A stretch of DNA of 64,000 nt from Tubiluchus corallicola. Taxonomy: Eukaryota; Animalia; Priapulida. Within the stretch, counting starts at the first letter, position 1, and every line of letters starts with the position of its first letter. Under the pieces are notes generated by a model that worked only from the letters and a program-made list of their open reading frames with translations, searched no databases and was not told the DNA's origin. Location of the stretch: positions 1 through 64,000 of the forward strand of contig JAQGDQ010000293.1 of the NCBI GenBank assembly GCA_030141605.1, given 5' to 3'. The position numbers and the translations under genes are program-made. Positions 10,201-21,843 of the stretch are shown piece by piece.

Positions 10201-13200
10201 ACTAGGTTGTTGATTGGTTGGTTAGTGATAATTATTGTTGGTAGTTCTCTAGATACTGATAGTATCTAGTTGACTGCTTTGTTCCATAGCTTGTTTCTTA
10301 GGTTGTTCGGCTGATTAACAGATTGGTTGGCCTGCTTCCTGGTTAACCAGTACGATTTCATAATGATAATGATTGTGGCGAAAAAATAAATAAAGTTCAA
10401 TAATTACTGCTAGACACTCACTTGTTGCTCTTGGTAATTTCTGTATACGACCTAAAATGCAGTATATATATTCAGTTCTGTTAAGACTATATACCCTGGT
10501 TGTTGGCATCCTTCTGTCTCGGAAGACAATGGAGTGTGCGCCAAGAGAGTCAGTTATTGATCACATTGATGGAGCTGCAGCGTCGACTGTGGCTGAGCAA
10601 TCCTATCCTTGAACCACTGGAGTGGCCTCTCCAGGTCGCACGTCTGGGCAAGGTGTATGGACATCCTGAGTTGCCCAGACAACAGGAACCCCCTCTCTTC
10701 CTCTCTGGTGTAGTCCAAAGGAAAGCGGAGCGATACGTTTGGCACCAGGTTGGCTGCAGGAGCTGCCGAGTTAGTGAGCATGCTGCACTGGTCCGCCTTC
10801 GGGGCTCCACTCCTGATTTGGAAGGTTTACTCCTCTACACATGGCCGTTGGGTCACTTGACCTCCTCGGCCCTCTAGCCGTTGGCTGCTTCTGCAGCTCC
10901 TCCGCCTAGTGTCGAGATACAGTGTGGGCATACTGCAAGCCTACAGCACTTGGTATTCCTAGGTGGTCACCCATCCAAGTACTAACCAGGCTCTACGTTG
11001 CTTAACTTCGGTGATCAGACGAGAACCGGTGTTTTCAACGTGATATATACCCTACGCCCGAAATAATAATTGTCTAAAGTGTTAAGCCTTGCGAGCGTTT
11101 AGAACGAGTTTTCCTTGGTTTTAATAATTTTATGATTTCGTAAATGTATGCTATAATTCCAATGTAGGCCATGCCATGATAAAATGGATTGTATTATGAA
11201 ATTTTCATGAATATGCCTACATGAATACGTGTTGTAGTGTGAACATTAATTGAGGTTTATTTTTTATTAATGACATCTAGTGCATAGCAATGAAAAATGT
11301 GAAAAGGAAATATGCGTATTATATTATAATAAATTGATTAATATTTTTCCCGCTTAATTCTAGACTTTGTGTATGAACGTATGGCTAAACGTATTCCACT
11401 GTTTCTACTAACGGTTTTTGTGCGGCGGGTTGGCGGTGCTGTGGCTACTGCCTTCCTCCACCCTCCGACTTCCACCAAAAATTAGATTTTTTAAACAGCA
11501 TATCCAACTCCAAATATACACCACTACAGCACTGATTACTGACCATTGATTTTAACATTCGGACACGATTTTTTCTTACTAACTCGTCGCTGAACTATCT
11601 TTAGCATGTACTAACAATCATTGTTGAATTTACATAAATGACTGATTGCTCTTTCAGACCGTAAAATTTCAGTGATTACTCAAAGCAACTTTTGCGCAAC
11701 AAGAATTTCACACGTGCAGACGTGTGTGTAGCACGTGCATGTGTTAATTTTTTCTTATTAAATATTACAGAGACCGCGACCATCCAACTTTCAAGCCGAC
11801 TACGTACTTTGATTATTTTGTTTATCTGCATTACTACGCAGCAAGGGAGCCTGTAGACTACAAGGGTAAGAGAGGCATTGATCTACCAGGTCGTTACCAC
11901 CCATTGGACTATGCTCACTTTGGGCCAGGCTTTCCCTCATGGCATAGGTATGTGTATTTTTCAGAATAAAAAACATTTTTAAAAATAATATCATTGTCCC
12001 CAAATTTATATCACTCGCTCAAGGTAACACGATATTCAATCGACATCATATGTCATTCTTTCGATATATTATATTATTTTTTGGCATTGTACATGAGCGT
12101 CACATTTTGCACCCTCACCGCCGTTTATTGTTTCTCTGAATTCCTTCACCAATTCCTTGTGCCATTCCCTCGCTATCGTACATCATTTCCCTGACATCCT
12201 ACGTCGTTCCTCGGTCCTAGCCTGCACTGTCAATATATATATATAATTCATTTATTCCAAAAGCCAAGTACAATTTAACAATATCTTACACAAAAATTCA
12301 CAATTTGAAAATAACATAAAAATAATAGATGAAATTAATAATAATAACAATAATATAATAATAATAATAATTCAGCGCAGTCAATTATCGGCTCAGATCA
12401 GAAGATGAACTTATAAGGTCTGAGCCGAATAGGCAAAATGGAATAACAAAGTTTCAAGATAAAAGGAAGGAAAGCCTGTAAGGTAATAAGTGTAATGATA
12501 TGATGAGAAACAATGGCGAATGACAAGATGTAGGGATTAGATTTGCATTAAAATTTTAATAATATTAACAAGCCATAGCAATCAAACGGAGCAATGTGCA
12601 AAAGAGGCGGCACACTCAAATGTGCCAAAACGAATTTACTTTTTTTACTTAAGCGTTAAGCTGATTGCGACAATACAGTTTTGCAAAGTTGTTGATGTAG
12701 CATATGTATACAATTACTTCTTACTGCTTGCGAAAACTGTTTCATTTCTTTTTTTTCAAATTTTCAAATTCAAATTCAAATTTTATTCTCAATTTGCAGA
12801 AGTACAGTACATTTTATACACATAAATACACTTCATATATAATATATAAAATACAACTGTATTTACCACTGTTACTTATATATAGACCATAATGTGCAAA
12901 TTTCATTACAGAATAATTTTTTGATGTATACAGTTTGAGCCTAAAATTGTGTTACTCTTAATAGCCTTTATTAGCCTTGGTTGTTGCGGGAATGATATAG
13001 GATATCAAACAAATCATATAGCTTGCTGTATATATAATTTTATTCGGGCTTATTGCATGTCATAGCAGTGTAACTCATAAATATTTTCTACTCATTATTT
13101 ACAAGAATATTTACATCAGTCAATACGAAATTTGACGATTTTCTTCGTGCGAAAGAGCGGGTATCACCTTCATTAAGCCAGTAAAGCTCGTAAGCAATTA

Positions 13201-16200
13201 GTAATATCACAGTGATTTATATCAGAAATGTTTTGTGTGACAAATATCCTGTTGACTGCAAGGGTCGCACAAGTGGAGTTTACGTTGAGAAAAGCAGTGT
13301 CTTTATCAATTTATACATGCCAACAATTTAAATGTTCTTTTAGCTATTAAAAGTTCAAAAGAGGAAGTTTTAAAAATCATTATTATCATGGTAGAATGCT
13401 CGTTATGTGGAATCGACAATCATCAATTATACACTCCTGTCAGCTAAGTTAAAATCTTGGCTGCCAAGGGACAAAGTCTTACCTCAAAGGAACAAAATAT
13501 TTTTCTCACTTTCTGAGCGCTCGGTTTTTCTGGTCCGGATTATCTGTAATTGTATTTTTTATCATAGGTTGTTCCTGCTAAAGATGGAAAGGATTCTACA
13601 GAAATTATCTGGCAATCCTGAGCTGACGATCCCTTATTGGGACTGGGTAGGGGATGAAGCAGATTGCTCTGTGTGCACTGATAGGTACCAAAAACAATCA
13701 TCATTTTTATGTCACTGTATTACTTTTTACAGTTCACATTGTTTTCATTGTTTTTTTTAGAAACGCTACAATACAATCTTCCATCTTTTTCTTTTATGTC
13801 AACATTAGAGTCATCTGCTATGGTCACCATCAGCGCACTTTATTTTTCGTCTTCCTTCTTTAAGCCTACTTCACGCCTTTGTAGAACTTTTTATTAAGTT
13901 ACACGTTCTGATGTTGTAAAACCATTTTCTGATCACTTGCAGGTATTTTGGCGAGAATGATGATCAGGGCTTTCTTAGCAAAGAATCCGGTTTCGCTGAT
14001 TTTGAGTTGGTTTGTTCTAATGCCACAGAAACAATACGCAAAACCGGGGAAATTTGCAATGTTGAAAAGAAAACAGGTAACAGGCAAAGCGAGACTAGTC
14101 ACTGAAGCAGTTTAGCTTATTTCATTTTATCATATTTGTTGTGCAATTTTTAATTCTATAAGATACCCATTCTTAGTAAGAATGTAAGGTATAATTGGAC
14201 CTCACAAACAGTTTACGCACAGCTAAATTGTCTTTTATTTGTGCCTTCGCGCCCAAACAGAGATAACTGTTTGTTTATTCAATTATAAATAAACAACCAG
14301 TTACCTCCACTTGATGAACTACAGCAATTGATGAACTAAATCTATTATCTTTCTTCCTACCATTTCCACTAACACATCCTTCTACCCTTTCTGTGTGATC
14401 TAACCTTTCTCCCAGTTCTTTTATTGTTCACTCATCCATTCTTTTTTATCGGGTTCACATGACAGTGGGCTTATACAAGCCTTTGCTTCTCTAGCCCACT
14501 GCAGTACAATTATTCTTTTATGATAACGATAGTGTATGAAACATAAGAATTTAATACAGTAGATGTAATAATTTTGATGTCACTGTGTGCTTAATGTCAT
14601 TATATTGTACTGAATGTGATAATAATAATAATAAATAGATAAAAAAATTCAGGGTTACTAAAAAGGCGATCCCAGGTTTCGCCTGGAGCTGAGATACTGC
14701 CAACACTGGAAGATGCCGCTGCTTGCATGAATCTACCCGTTTACGACAATCCGCCTTACAACGCAAGCTCCGGCTTTCCCGGATTCCGAAATTGTCTAGA
14801 CGGTTTTGTGAATAAAGATAATAAGTTGGTTGTCGTCGACGGTGTGCCCATAACAATGCATGGACAAGTGAGTATTATGAGATCAGTTTATGAAATAAAA
14901 CTTCATTTTAAATTTATTAGAAAATTCACATCACTTAGGTTAATTCATGAGAAAAACCGGAAATGTAGATAGCTCGAACGTAGAAGTCATTACATTACAG
15001 ACAATTATTAAGACTCAAAGTCAACCATAGCAAAGCAATTAATAGGTATAGAAAAACATCAAGCATCGTTAGGATAAGTATTAGAAACTAGAAAATGATC
15101 AAATTGACTGTTGAGAGCATAGAAAGTAATAGCACAAAGAAAAGGAGCAAAGTTTGCATATTCTCAATGCTTGCATACTCTTAGTACTTCATAGTTATCT
15201 TAATCGTCTGTGTTCACATCGACTCTGCTCATTACTATCTATGTCTGACACTCGGAGGGTGGGGGGGGGGCACTGCAAGATACAAGTCTTTCATGCTAAA
15301 AGCTGTTGCTCTTTCTGGACATTTGCTAAACTAGGAGTCCCGTGGAGCATTTTTTACAGTTGCGGTGTTTTGCAGTTACCTAGGAGGGGCTCAGAGCTAA
15401 AATCTGGATCTCTAGTCGCTGGTCGTTACTACTGAACGATATGTCAGACGCAAGACGCTTTGTCAGTGCAAGCACACATGGCATTTAAAGAACCGTTGAC
15501 CATTATTTTATTAGCGTATCTGATATGTATAGAAAGTGTTCAAAGAAACCCATAAAACTTCAAAAAAGAGCAATGGACATAGTCGAAACGAGCAAAAAAA
15601 GTTGTGAAAAAAGAACATGTTTGGAGTAATGTTAGTGCATTGCCTAAGCAAAACTGACTGTAAGATACGACTTTACAGGTACATGCTTACTTCTTTGACG
15701 CTCTGGGAGAATTACCAGCAGCTGCAAATGATCCAATTTTTTACCTGCATCACGGTAATGTTGATCGGCTATTTGAAGCCTGGTTGAGAGCACACGACTC
15801 CAAATCTTCACAGGTATAATACGTTGATATAAGGTAGGGCAATGATGTAACAGATGGAACAGTATAATAAGTAGTAGCTTTTGACGACCACAAAGTGTGA
15901 TCATAAGCATCACAAGTTATTATCATTCTCAGTCAGATTTAATCGTATAATATTGAATGACTTTGTGCTTTGACAAGTCGGGATCACATTTTCAATGCTT
16001 TGTTATGTTATCATGGACGTTTTGATCGAAGAATGTTAACATATTTTTTGGTAAAAGACAGTAGTCAGTTGTCATAACTACGTTCATTAAGTCTGGTTGT
16101 TCTTTACGTCAATTTAAGTTGTTTTCAACCTCGGCGTTTATATTTGAGAACCACAACTATTATATGTGTGTGTTAAAGACAGTCCTTTCACAGTCCTTTG

Positions 16201-17529
16201 ATTACATTCACACAAATATAGTAGATGCACGAACAGATAAATGCCTGGCAAACTACAAAGAGTCATATGAACTACATCTTTAGAATTTCATTTCGCCCAC
16301 CCTGTTGAACAAGTTTGCTTTCGTAACAGGGCACATACCCAAGATGGCAAGCCCCACCAGGACACAACTGGCACAGTTATATGGTTCCATACTTCCCAGT
16401 TGAAACAAATAGTGATTACTTTGACACTTCAGACAAATTTGGATACACTTATGATAGCTATAGTAAGTAGACACTATTAATAATGGTCTGCACTTCCTTT
16501 AGTAAGTATTAAACAATGCCCATATTTATGATAATGCGTGCACAGTTTGCCAAAAATACCTGTACCGTTTAATAATTGTGATGTTGATGTAGCAAATGAT
16601 GTGGTAATTTTAGTTACAGTCCTGAAAGATATCTATTAGTCTATGAAACAACTTGGTTTAGATATTAGCTTGGCGACTTGGTTGGTAGACTGGACTTTTA
16701 TTGTTGGCTTATGCTAGTGATTCTTCTCATTCACATTTGGACCAGACAGCTCTTCCAAGAAACAAATTTAACAGTTCCTGCTAGTTTAGCTAGGAACATC
16801 AGTTGAAGCCATTTGCAGTACGAGGAATTACCAACACCCATGCAAAAAATAAAGGAGTAGTTCTTAGCTTAGAGTTCCTGTTGGCTTAACGGGGTAAAAA
16901 TAGCAAGACGGTATAATAAAACATCTTTCTAAACTGTAAAGGGTATCTTGCAAATCGTGCTGTGTGAATGCAAAAGGCAGTTCTTTAATATTCTTTACTT
17001 ATGACAGCCACTGCTCCTGATCTAGAAGAAACATTATCAGGTTCGTGGAATCAAAATGCCAACTTGAAGACGTCAGAAAATAAAGTTTCTAGTTCTTCAC
17101 CCGGTAAGTGAATCTAACTGACAGAAATTTATACAGTTTATAACAAAAATTTATGACTAATGTGACCAGCTTTTTTCTGTTACAGCTAATGCTCTTAATT
17201 TTGTGTAGTTTTTGAGATTATTGGTTGTAACTCTTTGTGGACTTAAATATTGAATTGGGAATTTGATGATCTAGTATATTAATTTATCTACATTTTTTGT
17301 GGTACTAGACAGAAAACTCGCTTCATTAATGGCCTTGATTTTAGCACTCAGTTTAATACTCCTTGTTTAACATCACTGTAAATAATGTTACATGCACAAA
17401 TTAAAAAAGCTAATTACAGAATGTGCAACATGTAATATTGTAGAATTCACTCTGTCCAGTGTCTATATAAAATTGTATAATGTTAGTACAGAAGTTTTTG
17501 CCTGCAAAAACAGATGCTAACAAACACTT

Positions 17530-17599
<70 letters not shown>

Positions 17600-19456
17600 C
17601 CACCATCATCATCAACAATAATGCTCTCAGGCCTGATCTCAAGAATGATAATAGGCCTGTACGCCTGTTATGCAGTATATGGGACTAATTCTAGGGAATA
17701 ATGTAATCAATTCTTTTTACATAAACTACGTATAACGTTGCATAGTACGTGGGTTTCTCAATTAACAGGGTACCCACCTTAGACTGTCCTAACAGGGGAG
17801 TTCCTAATGTAGACAAATGGGGTGAATCTGCAATCTAGATAATTATTAAGGATAATCCTCTAAGATGAGAAACTGATCCAGCAGACGTGCCTTTGTCATG
17901 TTTGGATGCATAGGTGCACAGCTTCCCTAAACAAGGTAAACTGTAGAGGCAGTACGGGTGAAAGACTGCCCAGGAAAGAATATTCCTGATGGCTGTTTAT
18001 CCATTTATCCCCCCCCCCCCGCCTTTGTGTTGCTTAAAGCACAAGAAAACACTCTTCATAAATAAAGATTAATACACTCGTCCTGGAAGCAAATAAGTCA
18101 CTTTCAATCTGTCTTATTGCATACAATGGTCGGATTATAGCAGTAACGCTGTATAAAACTTGTAAATTTAAACTCCCGCAATGACCATCAGGCACAAACT
18201 GCTAAGCATAATGTAGCTTATTGTACAAAGTACGCGATTGTTTGTATTATTTGTAAAGTTCAATTAATAGTATACTACGTTGAAGTATTGAAATGATGTA
18301 TGCTGCCACCTACAGGCCTTTTTGGCACATTGTATACAGTTTATCAGGAATGAGTTTATTAAGTCTCTAAGTGTTTTTCCCTTTCCCTTTAAGTTTGATT
18401 AGTGGCCTAATTAAATTATTAATTTTATTCTTGGAGAGAAAGTCACCATTTGACTAGTTAAATACTAGAAAACATAAGACAGCTCTTTCTCTTCAATAAT
18501 CTTTATTCTGCTTAATGAAGCCAAGTACACTTTGATATTGATGTGTCTGTTAGTCCGTAGAGTACATGCGACCTAGCCATTTATAGTCTGTGTGCATTAA
18601 TATGATGTGCCTTCCATCAGGAACTTGAATCTCTAGTCATGTGATTTAGGCTCAATTCTCTCAAGGCATGCAAGTTTAGTTGATCAAAAGACAGCAACGT
18701 TAAAGGTTATGTTTTTGAGTGCAAGGTTTTTTCAATAAATTGTTTGTTGCTTTTATAATCACTGTGTGTGGAGAGAATTTTTATGGCAACGAAACAAGTT
18801 ATACAGTTATTCTACATTCCACCATCAGTAAGAACTCTGGTCAATTTTTCACAATAGGGAAAATAGCAAGCAGAATACAAAATTTCTACACGTAATGCTA
18901 AATAATATTACTTCGTATGGAAGGTTCTTTGAAATATATTTTAAAATTTGCTTTCCTTGCCCTTTAACTTTGGTGACTAAGCATGCACCATGACCAATTT
19001 CAAAATATTTAGTCACATTGCACGATGTACTAAGTAGCAGTTGATGGAATGGGCAACAGTTGATGGTTCAGCCAATACGACATTTGTTCACAAAGCGATT
19101 AGACTGTCGGCAGAACATAATTGGGGGTAGGGATCTAGCTAAACGTAGGACGTCTGCACATGCATCAGGACTGTGAATTGACGATATACGCTTAGTTTGA
19201 AAGAGTTGGGTAAATGAAGGCTTACAATTGGCTCTTTTAGTGTTGGTACAATTATTTTTATTTAATGGCTGTTTATTTTGGCTCTCTAGGTCGCATTTGG
19301 GCGATTGTGTTTGTTGGTTTCTTATCTGTCGCCGCTGTCGCTGCAGCTGTGACTACCGGCATCAAACGAGCGAGAGCTACACTGAGAAGTCGACGTGAAT
19401 ATAGCTACGTACCTGTTACACAAGAAGTTCAGAAAACATACGGCACAGTGAGCTAG
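7124..19456 (+). CDS. tyr: Tyrosinase-like protein copy 1 (type-3 metalloprotein, membrane-anchored), 11 exons, 556 aa: join(7124..7292,8401..8551,9436..9612,11771..11947,13568..13684,13943..14076,14653..14867,15679..15813,16330..16462,17008..17103,19290..19456)
   Basis: Signal peptide then QFPVVC, EDRYAWP, EGF-like CYC..DCSECKFGYTGKNC, CuA (HYYAAR, DYAH, WHR), PYWDW, CuB (MHGQVH, ANDPIFYLHH), PGHN..MVPYFP, TM helix and tail. All introns GT-AG with consistent phase; total 1671 nt. Family is certain; TYR versus TYRP orthology is not (the CuB HH motif is TYR-like). Confidence 0.93.
8401..8551 (+). CDS. tyr: tyrosinase copy 1 exon 2
   Basis: tttctacag acceptor; CGGPSRGHC..EDRYAWP..CYCNSNYYG; donor GTCTGT. 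Confidence 0.9.
9436..9612 (+). CDS. tyr: tyrosinase copy 1 exon 3
   Basis: YDCSECKFGYTGKNCD..RRNIHSM..AKHTVSDY; AG/GT bounded. Confidence 0.92.
9834..10207. repeat. ~63-bp tandem repeat, ~6 copies, intron 3 of copy 1
   Basis: Unit CACTTGGTTAGTCGGTGGTCAGAAGTTGATTATTTGATAGCTTGCTCAGTTGGTTGACTAGGT. Confidence 0.95.
10498..11043 (-). mobile_element. 5S rRNA-headed SINE (SINE3-like) with RTE-LINE-derived body and tail
   Basis: Flanked by the 10-bp direct repeat TATATACCCT (10488-10497 and 11044-11053). 5S head, GC-rich body, RTE C-terminal peptide SRIGLLSHSRRC (10577-10612), end ...GGATGCCAACAACC. Confidence 0.85.
10937..11046 (-). rRNA. 5S rRNA-derived sequence lacking about 9-10 nt at the 5' end (SINE head or pseudogene, not a functional 5S gene)
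   Basis: Minus strand reads ATATCACGTTGAAAACACCGGTTCTCGTCTGATCACCGAAGTTAAGCAACGTAGAGCCTGGTTAGTACTTGGATGGGTGACCACCTAGGAATACCAAGTGCTGTAGGCTT. No oligo-T terminator follows. Confidence 0.8.
11771..11947 (+). CDS. tyr: tyrosinase copy 1 exon 4 (CuA site)
   Basis: YFDYFVYLHYYAAR..DYAHFGPGFPSWHR. Confidence 0.93.
13568..13684 (+). CDS. tyr: tyrosinase copy 1 exon 5
   Basis: LFLLKMERILQKLSGNPELTIPYWDW..CSVCTD. Confidence 0.93.
13943..14076 (+). CDS. tyr: tyrosinase copy 1 exon 6
   Basis: YFGENDDQGFLSKESGFADFELVC..GEICNVEKKT. Confidence 0.9.
14653..14867 (+). CDS. tyr: tyrosinase copy 1 exon 7
   Basis: GLLKRR..LPTLEDA..YDNPPYNASS..FRNCLDGF..MHGQ; donor GTGAGT. Confidence 0.92.
15679..15813 (+). 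CDS. tyr: tyrosinase copy 1 exon 8 (CuB site)
   Basis: VHAYFFDALGELPAAANDPIFYLHHGNVDRLFEAWLR. Confidence 0.93.
16330..16462 (+). CDS. tyr: tyrosinase copy 1 exon 9
   Basis: GTYPRWQAPPGHNWHSYMVPYFPVETNSDYF..FGYTYD. Confidence 0.92.
17008..17103 (+). CDS. tyr: tyrosinase copy 1 exon 10 (Ser-rich stalk)
   Basis: 96 nt, phase 1-1, AG/GTAAGT bounded; homologous exon of the same length in copy 2. Confidence 0.8.
17530..17614. repeat. (ATC)n microsatellite
   Basis: Direct inspection. Confidence 0.95.
19290..19456 (+). CDS. tyr: tyrosinase copy 1 exon 11 (TM helix and cytoplasmic tail)
   Basis: RIWAIVFVGFLSVAAVAAAVTTGI KRAR..YSYVPV..TYGTVS stop. Confidence 0.88.
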
Positions 19457-20149
19457 ACGGGACGGGAGTTATAGTTGCACGCATCTTCTGGTTGAACTTT
19501 GATCGCGAAAAATTCATTAAGTTTGGCAGATATTATATGAGAAACTGGTTTTCTTATAATCTACACATGTAGTACAGTAATAAGTAGAAAGTAAGATTTT
19601 AAACTATACTCATCGCTTTGCTATATTAGGTGTGAAAATGTCTCCAATATGCGAAAGGGCAATCCAACATCATCAGATGTACTTGCTGAAATGCTGGATT
19701 TTTAAATAAATCGCCGAAAAGCAGATGTTACTTACACATTACATTGTTCCCCTTTCGCATGAAAATTTCTATAAATTTGCGTGAAACAATTGCTGTTAAA
19801 GAAGTATAAGCATTCAGAACTAAGCTTGCCATATCATTTTGGATAATGGCGTTGTGTATTAGCAGAATTGTCAAACTTAGTTATCCGTGCAACAGCAGCT
19901 CAGTTGCTTAGATTAGCTCAGTGTAGCAATTATTGCCATTGAGTGAAAAGATCACGATCTGAAATCATTTTTGAATTCAAACTGCTTAAGCTGTGTCGAC
20001 TGAGAAGAATTACAGCACTTTAATGGCCGTGCTGCTTTAATTGAATTTGTTTTAGACGGTGTTTTGTAGTTTTTGTAATGAATTTTTTTTATATAATAAA
20101 CTAAGATAAAACTTTCAGCCGCTAATCGAACGCAATGTTGATAAACTTA

Positions 20150-20223
20150 CAGATAGATGAATGGTTGGATGGATGGATGGATGGATAGATGGATGGATGG
20201 ATGGATGGATGGATGGATGGACG

Positions 20224-20270
<47 letters not shown>
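20150..20270. repeat. (GGAT)n(CAGA)n compound microsatellite
   Basis: Direct inspection. Confidence 0.95.
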
Positions 20271-20271
<1 letters not shown>

Positions 20272-20731
20272 TATAGATATAGTTTATTCTTTAAAGACAT
20301 AATTCACGTAAGATTACATAACAATCAAATATAAATTTTTAGACACTACTATAACACAAAAATTACGATAAAAACATTTAGAATTTTATGACATTTTAAA
20401 AAAGCTACTGCCACATAAAACACAATAAAACATACGAAACTCCATTATACAAAATTTCATAATTTTAAGTTATTACCGCAGCAGATGTGGATATAATACA
20501 GTACTGAGATTCGTTGCCATATTAAGATAATATCAAATATCTTTATTGCCAACGATACCGTTAAGTCAATTTTTGAAGAAAAAACGTGGCCTAACTAATA
20601 AATAACTACTGTACAATTTTTAGTACTACTACTTGCTACAACTTAAATTACTCAAACAACTATGTTAACACAGCAAGGTTTCATAAGGTGTTTACTGCAG
20701 TCTCTACAAGTTAAAGAAAGATGCAGCCTGC

Positions 20732-21022
20732 TTGCTACAAGTGAAAGAGATATTGAGAAATAAAACGTCACATACTTCTCGTCAGTATAGCACAAGTATT
20801 TCTGTTGACGAGCTACAGGATGCAGAAAAGACTCTCATAAAGCACGTGCAACACAAATGCTTTTCTCAAGAACTGAAGTCTCTTAAAACTGGTAGCCAGA
20901 TTGCGAAATCAAGCAAGCTGATAAAGCTGAATCTCCAGGTTTTCCAAGATGGCTTACTCCACATATATGGACGCCTGAAACATGCCACCATTGAGAAAGA
21001 AACAAAGTATCCTATCATCTTT
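20732..21022 (+). mobile_element. BEL/Pao LTR-retrotransposon pol fragment (region between RNase H and integrase)
   Basis: ISVDELQDAEKTLIKHVQ..F..ELKSL..SSKLIKL..DGLLHIYGRL..KYPII matches the typical BEL/Pao pattern. Confidence 0.8.
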
Positions 21023-21668
21023 CTATCGTGTTTTGCTGTGTTAACAACTACTACTTATAAATAACGACTAATAACTGATCAATTTCTACTAACCCATCCT
21101 ACCTATTCTTGCCTTCAACCTACTCTAACTAATAATACTGCCGGTCTTTTGTTTGTCTAACCCTTTCCACCCCTCTGTCAGAATGCACAAGGTCCTCTTT
21201 AATTAAGGCAGGCAAAGGAAACATTATTTATTACGTGTATTGTGTAGAAATTAAGTAGGTTTTTTGGATAAATTTCGTAAAAATATTTTGTTTGAAGTGG
21301 AAATAAATATTACAAAATACAAAAAATTACAAATAACTTTATAAAACACTCGAAATGGAATTACAGAAATAAATTTGTAGAACAATAATAACAACTACGC
21401 GTGAATACATAATTGCAAACATCTAAGTCTCTGTACGTGGCCTGGATGTACGACTGAGTTTGCGTCATTGTTGTAGAATGGCCTCTACAAGTGCAATAGG
21501 CCTGAATAGATAAGCGAAAAATGTAAACAGTTCATGAAGACTAAGGGTGACTTAGCCGCAAGCGAAAACCGTTATCTCTCATAGTGTACTATAAGCTTAA
21601 AGTAATAGAGTACAGTGTAGCTAGTTTTGAAGTTACTCTAAAGTTAATCCTCGTCTTTAATTACAATT

Positions 21669-21843
21669 ATGGTGCTACGTAAAGCCGTGCTCACACTAGT
21701 CTTGTTAATCGTTTATTGTGCTGCGTACTGCACAGCGCAGTTTCCGGTCGTTTGCTTGCATAATATAACTGGTCATCGTTCACTTGACAATCCGAGTAGG
21801 CATCGTGGTGTGGACAGATACTGCTGCCCATCAGACAGCACTG
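21669..21843 (+). CDS. tyr: tyrosinase copy 2 exon 1
   Basis: MVLRKAVLTLVLLIVYCAAYCTAQFPVVC..YCCPSDST; donor GTAAGT. Confidence 0.9.

Noticed and set aside
10500-10877. ORFs of 125, 86 and 75 aa as host genes
   Set aside because: They lie within the SINE; only the RTE C-terminal remnant is meaningful
10937-11046. Functional 5S rRNA gene
   Set aside because: 5' end missing, no oligo-T terminator, and fused to RTE-like sequence inside a TSD
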